Assembly: GCA_965213925.1 (NCBI GenBank)
Contig: OZ243927.1
Location: forward strand, 4,352,001 to 4,416,000
Direction of reading: 5' to 3'
Origin: Trueperaceae bacterium
GTDB lineage: Bacteria > Deinococcota > Deinococci > Deinococcales > Trueperaceae
Length of the DNA: 64,000 nt
In this document: positions 58,674 through 64,000 of the stretch, piece by piece
Numbering within the stretch: the stretch's first letter is position 1
Layout of the letters: every line of letters starts with the position of its first letter
Position numbers and translations under genes: made by a program
The notes under the pieces: model-generated
Database searches by the model: none
The model's input: the letters and a program-made list of their open reading frames with translations, nothing else
Told to the model about the DNA's origin: nothing

Positions 58674-59731
58674 CGCAGCCGCACCGCCGCCACACCTACG
58701 CCGATAAGCCCGACCACCGCGCTCGTAAACCACGCCGCCACGATGGGCGAAAAGACCCCCTGCTCGAAGAGGTTTTCTGAGAGTGTCCAGAGCGCGAAAA
58801 AGAGCACCAACAATACAATGGTCCAGGCGAAGCCCGCGCTGCGCCCGCGAATATGCAGCCCCAACGCGCCCGCGATCAGCACGAAGATCGCGGCGCTAAA
58901 GGCGTCGGCTAAGCGCTGATGAAAGTTGAAGAGGTCGTCGCGCAGGTCGCGCCCCGCCGCGCCCGCACTCTGAATACGCCCCCACAGCTCGCTCAGGGTG
59001 AGCTGCTCCGACTCGGCGAGGTTCGTCGCGGCGTCGTCGTCCAAGTCGAAGGGCAAGATGACCTGCGCCTCTTCGTAGGGCAAGCCCTCGGCGGGCAGAA
59101 CTTCCACGCCGTCGAGCGTCCAAGTCCGCGCCACGCTGTCCCAGGTGCCGCTCTGCGCGGTAAGAAGTGCGCCGTCGTTCCGGTAGATCAAGACGCCGCT
59201 CAGCCCCGCCCTGGTGCGGTCCTCGATGTCAGCGCGGATGCGGGCGGCGTAGTAGACGCCCTCCTCTTGGGTGAACGAGGCGTCGCGCTGCGTTTCGGCG
59301 GACGGGCGGGCGTTGTAGAACGAGGCGACGAGTTCTTCCTGGGCGATCTCGCCCCTCGGCTCCAAGTAGCCGTTATTAAATACAGCAACCGCGCTCACCG
59401 CAAGCCCGAAAAAGAGGAGCGGACCGAGCAGCGAAAAGGGCGGCACGCCGAGCGCGTACGCCGCTTTGAGTTCGGAGTCTTTGGCGAGTCGTCCGGTGGC
59501 GAGTAAAACGGCGAACACCGCCGCAATCGGCAGCGAGATGTGCAAGAAGAAGGGCGTTTGGTAGAGCATGAGGCGGCCCACGTCGAGTAGCGTGGCGTCT
59601 TGCTCTAGGAGGTAACTCGCCCAGACGGTCAGGGTATCGATGGAGAGGAGCAGGCAGAACGCGGCGACGCCGAAAGCGTAGAGCCAGGTCGTTTCGCGCA
59701 GCACGTAGCCCGCTAAGCGCAACTTAAACAC
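58670..59731 (-). CDS. LptF/LptG family permease
   Basis: YVLRE, GRLAKDSELKA, HQRLA; TATACT-N7-GTG start. Confidence 0.88.
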   Translation of the reverse strand: MFKLRLAGYVLRETTWLYAFGVAAFCLLLSIDTLTVWASYLLEQDATLLDVGRLMLYQTPFFLHISLPIAAVFAVLLATGRLAKDSELKAAYALGVPPFSLLGPLLFFGLAVSAVAVFNNGYLEPRGEIAQEELVASFYNARPSAETQRDASFTQEEGVYYAARIRADIEDRTRAGLSGVLIYRNDGALLTAQSGTWDSVARTWTLDGVEVLPAEGLPYEEAQVILPFDLDDDAATNLAESEQLTLSELWGRIQSAGAAGRDLRDDLFNFHQRLADAFSAAIFVLIAGALGLHIRGRSAGFAWTIVLLVLFFALWTLSENLFEQGVFSPIVAAWFTSAVVGLIGVGVAAVRLR

Positions 59732-59924
59732 GACACGCAGTATACCCAAGACGCTATGAGAAGACTCGAGGGAAAAGCTGCAAGAATCTTCACATTTCGG
59801 TGCACAAGCTGTTCGGCGTACGGACGTAATGACTGGCTCGGCTTCCTCCGCTGCCAACCCCGCTCGGCAGGTCACATGTCTTTTTTAGATTCTTTTACTA
59901 CATTGTCAGCCAAAGAATGAACCA

Positions 59925-60061
59925 TGTCATTCTGAACGTAACCCATTCGACGTTGCTCAGGGCAGGCTGTGGAGTGAAAGAATCTCTGCATTTGCCTTCT
60001 TGTCTGGCAGAGAATGCAAGGCGAGACCCCTCGACTGCGCTTCGCTTCGCTCGGGGTGACA
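59925..60061. repeat. family C element, copy 2 (137 bp)
   Basis: Same ends, length and stems as 10635-10771. Confidence 0.85.
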
Positions 60062-60166
60062 ACAGTGTTGCAGAACGTAATTTACGGTGCGTTTAGAGGC
60101 GGCTCTGTACGTACGCACCTAGAAACCGCTTCATGCGCGCGGCTACCCTTTGCGGTAGACTTCGGC

Positions 60167-60814
60167 ATGGCGTTTCCTCTAAGCCGCCCCGCCCGCCTCG
60201 CGGTTTTCGTTTCCGGGCGCGGTTCGAACTTGCGCGCGCTCCGGGAGGCGTTTCCGCCCGGACATCCGCTAGCGTCGGTCCATCTCGTCGTAAGCAACCA
60301 AGCGGAGGCGGGCGCGCTCACGTACGCGCAAGATGAAGGTATCCTCGCCCACTTTGTCCCCTTCGGCAAGAACCGTGAAGGTTTCGAGCGGGCAGCGGCG
60401 GGGCTTATAGAAGGTGAAACAGTCGACCTCATCTGCTTGGCGGGGTTTATGCGCGTGCTCTCGCCGGAGTTCGTGGGCCGCTACGCCGGGCGCATCCTCA
60501 ACGTTCATCCGTCGCTCTTGCCACGCTTCCCTGGGCTCGAGCCGCAGCAGCGTGCCCTGGACGCGGGCGTGAACGAATCGGGCTGCACCGTGCACTTCGT
60601 GGACGCAGGCGTGGACACCGGGCAAATCATCGTGCAGCGGCGCGTGCCCGTCCATCCAGAGGACGACGTTCAGACCCTCTCGGCGCGAATATTAGCGGCG
60701 GAGCACCTCGCTTACCCCGAGGCGGTGCGCCTCGTGTTGGAGGGAAAAGCCGTCATGGACACGCCACAAGGCGCGTCCCAGGATGCGAAGGTCGATGGGA
60801 AGGTCGAGCGGTGA
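60167..60814 (+). CDS. purN: phosphoribosylglycinamide formyltransferase
   Basis: SGRGSNL, LAGFMR, NVHPSLLP, GCTVHFVD. Confidence 0.96.
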   Translation: MAFPLSRPARLAVFVSGRGSNLRALREAFPPGHPLASVHLVVSNQAEAGALTYAQDEGILAHFVPFGKNREGFERAAAGLIEGETVDLICLAGFMRVLSPEFVGRYAGRILNVHPSLLPRFPGLEPQQRALDAGVNESGCTVHFVDAGVDTGQIIVQRRVPVHPEDDVQTLSARILAAEHLAYPEAVRLVLEGKAVMDTPQGASQDAKVDGKVER

Positions 60815-62055
60815 AGGTGCTCGTTATCGGTAGCGGCGGACGAGAACACGCGGTGGCGCGGAAGTTAGCTCAGTCATCTCGCGTTAGAGAGATTGTCGCC
60901 GCCCCCGGCAACGCAGGCATGGCTCAAATTGGACGCTGCCTGGGCACCGACTTGACGCCTGAAAACCTCCTAGACCTTGCCCAACGCGAGCGCGCAGACC
61001 TCACTTTTGTCGGACCGGAAGCGCCCTTAGTCGCTGGCGTCGTAGACCTTTTCGAGGCGGAAGGGTTGCGGATTTTCGGACCCAAGGGGGTAGCAGCTCG
61101 GCTCGAGGGCTCCAAACGCTACGCCAAAGACTTCATGATGCGTCACGGTATTCCTACTGCAAACTATGCGAGCTTCGGAGAGGTCGAAAGGGCGCTCGAG
61201 CACCTGAAAACCACCTCTTACCCTACCGTCGTCAAAGATTCCGACCTCGCAGCGGGCAAAGGCGTCACGGTCGCCCAGACGTTCGAAGAGGCGCGGCGGG
61301 CCGTGGAAGAGGTGCTTAGCCCCGGTGAAGGAGAAGTCGTTATCGAAGATTTTCTGACAGGGCAAGAGGTCAGTTTACTCCTCTTGACCGACGGGAGGAG
61401 CGCCGTCTCTATGCCCCTCGCTCAGGACTATAAGCAAGCCCTCGACGCCGACGAGGGACCGATGACGGGCGGCATGGGCGCAGTTGCGCCCGTATCCTTG
61501 CTAAGCGACGCGCAGATGAAAGAGGTCGCGGCGCAGATCATCGAGCCGACCTTGAAAGGTCTGCGCGACGAGGGCGTGACGTATAAGGGCGTGCTCTTCA
61601 TCGGTTTGATGGTGACGGAGGGGGGCGTCAAGGTTTTAGAGTACAACGTGCGCCTGGGCGACCCCGAAACACAGGTCGTTTTACCGCTTCTGGAGACGGA
61701 CTTGGTCGACGTTCTCGAGGCTGTTATAGACGAACGTTTGCATGAGGTGACGCTCAGATGGTCTCCTAAACGTGCCGCGTGCGTCGTGATGGCTGCGCCG
61801 GGGTATCCGGGCGACTACCCCAAGGGATTACCCCTCAGCGTTCCGCCGCTACCTGAAAACATCACCGTGTTCCACGCAGGCACCTCGCTTCGGGATGGTC
61901 GCTTGGTCAGTTCGGGCGGGCGGGTGCTCGGCGTGACGGCGCTGGCGGATACGCTGGACGAAGCGGTTCGCTCGGCTTACGGCGCGGTTGACGAGATCGA
62001 CTTTAGGGGTGCGCATTACCGCCGCGACATCGGACAGCGTTTAGGGCTCGAATAA
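60811..62055 (+). CDS. purD: phosphoribosylamine--glycine ligase
   Basis: GSGGREHA, GPEAPL, TGGMGA, EYNVRLGDPE. Confidence 0.97.
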   Translation: MKVLVIGSGGREHAVARKLAQSSRVREIVAAPGNAGMAQIGRCLGTDLTPENLLDLAQRERADLTFVGPEAPLVAGVVDLFEAEGLRIFGPKGVAARLEGSKRYAKDFMMRHGIPTANYASFGEVERALEHLKTTSYPTVVKDSDLAAGKGVTVAQTFEEARRAVEEVLSPGEGEVVIEDFLTGQEVSLLLLTDGRSAVSMPLAQDYKQALDADEGPMTGGMGAVAPVSLLSDAQMKEVAAQIIEPTLKGLRDEGVTYKGVLFIGLMVTEGGVKVLEYNVRLGDPETQVVLPLLETDLVDVLEAVIDERLHEVTLRWSPKRAACVVMAAPGYPGDYPKGLPLSVPPLPENITVFHAGTSLRDGRLVSSGGRVLGVTALADTLDEAVRSAYGAVDEIDFRGAHYRRDIGQRLGLE

Positions 62056-62372
62056 GCGTCTTGGCAACTCTCCTTTCCGTCCCGCCTCCTGTTTAATCTC
62101 CTTTTCCTATCGCCTCGCTGCTCTGCTCTATAGGTCGCAGCACACGCCGCTGCTATGGCGCTGAACGTCTCCCGCGTCAGTTCTACGGGCGCTTTGAGGT
62201 ACCGTTCATCTCCTCTTCGCCAACATTTCGTCGGCGTAGGGGCTTTTGGAAGGGTTGAGAAACCGTAAAACACGTTCAATCCGAGCCCAAACCCCGCTCG
62301 GTGTTGAAAGATGATACCTCTCGGTTGTTGCCTGCCTTTGTACTTGTTTACCTTTTCTGCTTACAATGAGGT

Positions 62373-64000
62373 ATGGCAGCTGATACCCTCACCAAACCCA
62401 CCCCGGAAACGAACCCCTGGCGGCGCATCTTCGAGGATGTGCGGGAGGGAATTGGCAACAAGCGGGACGAGGCAGGCGTGGTCGGCAGCATCAACTGGCT
62501 GCGCAAGCAGATGGAGCAGCGCGGCGCGAACCCCAACGTGGTGCGCAACATCATCTACCGCGACAAGGGCAAACTGAGCGACAAGCGCGTGCTCTTTGAA
62601 ATCTTGAGCGAATTGTGGACGAAGTCAGGCAAACCGCCCCTGCAGGTACCTGAGTTGGAGGTCTTGCTCGCGGCGAGCACGAACGATGACCAAGAGGTCA
62701 TGCAGCTTTTGGGGCGCGAGAAGCGGCGGGCGTATCAGAGCTTCGTGAGCGGCGTGCGCTCGGAGCTGAGTCCGAAGCTGCTCGTAACCGGCAAGCCGGG
62801 CTCGGGTAAAACGCTCCTGACCGACTACATTCAGCAGGCTTTAGAGCTGCCGCCAAGAGCTGCCGAGACGATCTTGCGTCAGGAGTTCGGCGGCGACTTG
62901 GCGGCGGCGCTGAGCCGTTTAGCGACCTCTTTAGGCGTGAGCGCGGGCGCGTTCGAATCGCGGCTCATCAAGATCGGGGTCTCGAGCGCCTACGCTGTAC
63001 AAGCCGACGCGCAAGCGGACGTGGCGCGGGTCATCCTAGACGGCGTCCGCTCGCACGCGGGACCGCTCGTGCTTCTTTTTCACCTCTCGCAGTCTACGGT
63101 GGGGCAAGACCGTTTAGGCGCAGCTCCCTTGCGCCTCTCCACCGCCGACGTGCCGCGCGTCAACGTGGCGGAGTGGTTGTGGCTTTCTCTTTTAGAGCCG
63201 CTCAGCCACATGACCCACGTGAACCTCTTGGTCAGCACGACGAGCGTACCCGCGAGGGTTCTGGGGCATTTGGGCGCGTTCGAAGGTCCGGTCAAGCTCA
63301 ACCCGCCCACCGTGAGCGAGGCGCGGCGCTTTGTGAAGGCTCGTGTTCCCCACCTGCCGCAGGGCGAGCAAGAGGTCTTAGTCGGACGGGCGAAGCGCTC
63401 CTTCGAGGACCTGCGCACCCTGACGCTCTTAGCTGAAATCCGCGAGCCGCTGCCTGAAGGGACGGCGAGCGACAAACACATCGAGCAGCTCAGCCAACTC
63501 GCGCTGACCTCTTCCGAGCCGCGCCTCAGAGACTTTCTAGGCGCGGTGGCGGTCTTATCGCTGCCGGAGCTGAGCTTTTCGCACGCCGCTCTGACGGCGA
63601 TTTTTCCTCACGACGAGCCGCTGAGCAGCCTCGAGAGTGCCTTTTTAGACGCTGTGCCCAGCACCTCCCCGGACGAGGCGAATTACTGGCGCTGTTTCTC
63701 ACGGCAGCTCGTTCGCGCCTTACAAAAGCAACTCGTCAACGCTGACTTGCCCCGTTACCGCGCCCTCAATGAAGCGGCGAGCCGTCACTACGAAGGGGAC
63801 GCCCGCGCCGCGCCCAAGAGCGCACAAGCGACGCGCTATCTGTGTCATCTGCTAGAGGCTAGAGACTGGTCAACCCTGCAGACGTGGCTGACCCGCCACG
63901 GCGCGTCACAGTCCCTCCTGCAGAGCGCGTGGCAGGCTGCCACTGAAGAGTTACAAGACGCTTCGCGAGACGATTCGCAGAGTGCTGAGTTTGAAGCCAT
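62373..64000 (+). CDS. partial P-loop NTPase (STAND/NB-ARC-like), runs off the window
   Basis: TACAAT-N5-ATG; Walker A GKPGSGKT at 62790-62813; absent from the ORF track, consistent with no in-window stop. Confidence 0.75.
   Translation, partial: MAADTLTKPTPETNPWRRIFEDVREGIGNKRDEAGVVGSINWLRKQMEQRGANPNVVRNIIYRDKGKLSDKRVLFEILSELWTKSGKPPLQVPELEVLLAASTNDDQEVMQLLGREKRRAYQSFVSGVRSELSPKLLVTGKPGSGKTLLTDYIQQALELPPRAAETILRQEFGGDLAAALSRLATSLGVSAGAFESRLIKIGVSSAYAVQADAQADVARVILDGVRSHAGPLVLLFHLSQSTVGQDRLGAAPLRLSTADVPRVNVAEWLWLSLLEPLSHMTHVNLLVSTTSVPARVLGHLGAFEGPVKLNPPTVSEARRFVKARVPHLPQGEQEVLVGRAKRSFEDLRTLTLLAEIREPLPEGTASDKHIEQLSQLALTSSEPRLRDFLGAVAVLSLPELSFSHAALTAIFPHDEPLSSLESAFLDAVPSTSPDEANYWRCFSRQLVRALQKQLVNADLPRYRALNEAASRHYEGDARAAPKSAQATRYLCHLLEARDWSTLQTWLTRHGASQSLLQSAWQAATEELQDASRDDSQSAEFEA

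Noticed and set aside
62274..62310. CRISPR-repeat-like 37-mer GTTCAATCCGAGCCCAAACCCCGCTCGGTGTTGAAAG with internal hairpin
   Set aside because: Single copy, no second repeat at spacer distance and no cas genes in the window; at most an orphan repeat

Overview
About 64 kb of bacterial chromosome, most consistent with Deinococcota (Trueperaceae-like). This is inferred from the gene content, the archaeal-type ProRS and frequent leaderless starts with a TAnnnT box 5-8 nt before the start codon. Housekeeping genes include dnaJ, proS, metG, zwf-gnd, sodC, pilT, rlmH, an Lpt-like envelope operon and purN-purD. Stress genes, two diguanylate cyclases and several SDRs lie between them. An accessory block after metG (32.9-38.4 kb) holds three intact toxin-antitoxin pairs, an orphan antitoxin with a toxin stub, and an AT-rich RxxxxH (HEPN-like) gene cleanly split by an IS982-family element. 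The most unusual signals are: (1) a highly iterated palindrome GCTCGAGC that marks the junctions of the TA modules; (2) a Cys-rich 43-aa leader peptide plus terminator upstream of a family of three small paralogous proteins, next to an ArsR-like regulator and an ABC exporter; (3) a Met-Met leader with alternative antiterminator/terminator hairpins upstream of metG; (4) secreted TGG(MM)-repeat proteins occurring as long + micro pairs; (5) three families of dispersed intergenic elements, one carrying a near-consensus sigma70 promoter and a tiny terminated transcript. No rRNA, tRNA or true CRISPR array was found. All family assignments are by motif recognition, not database search.
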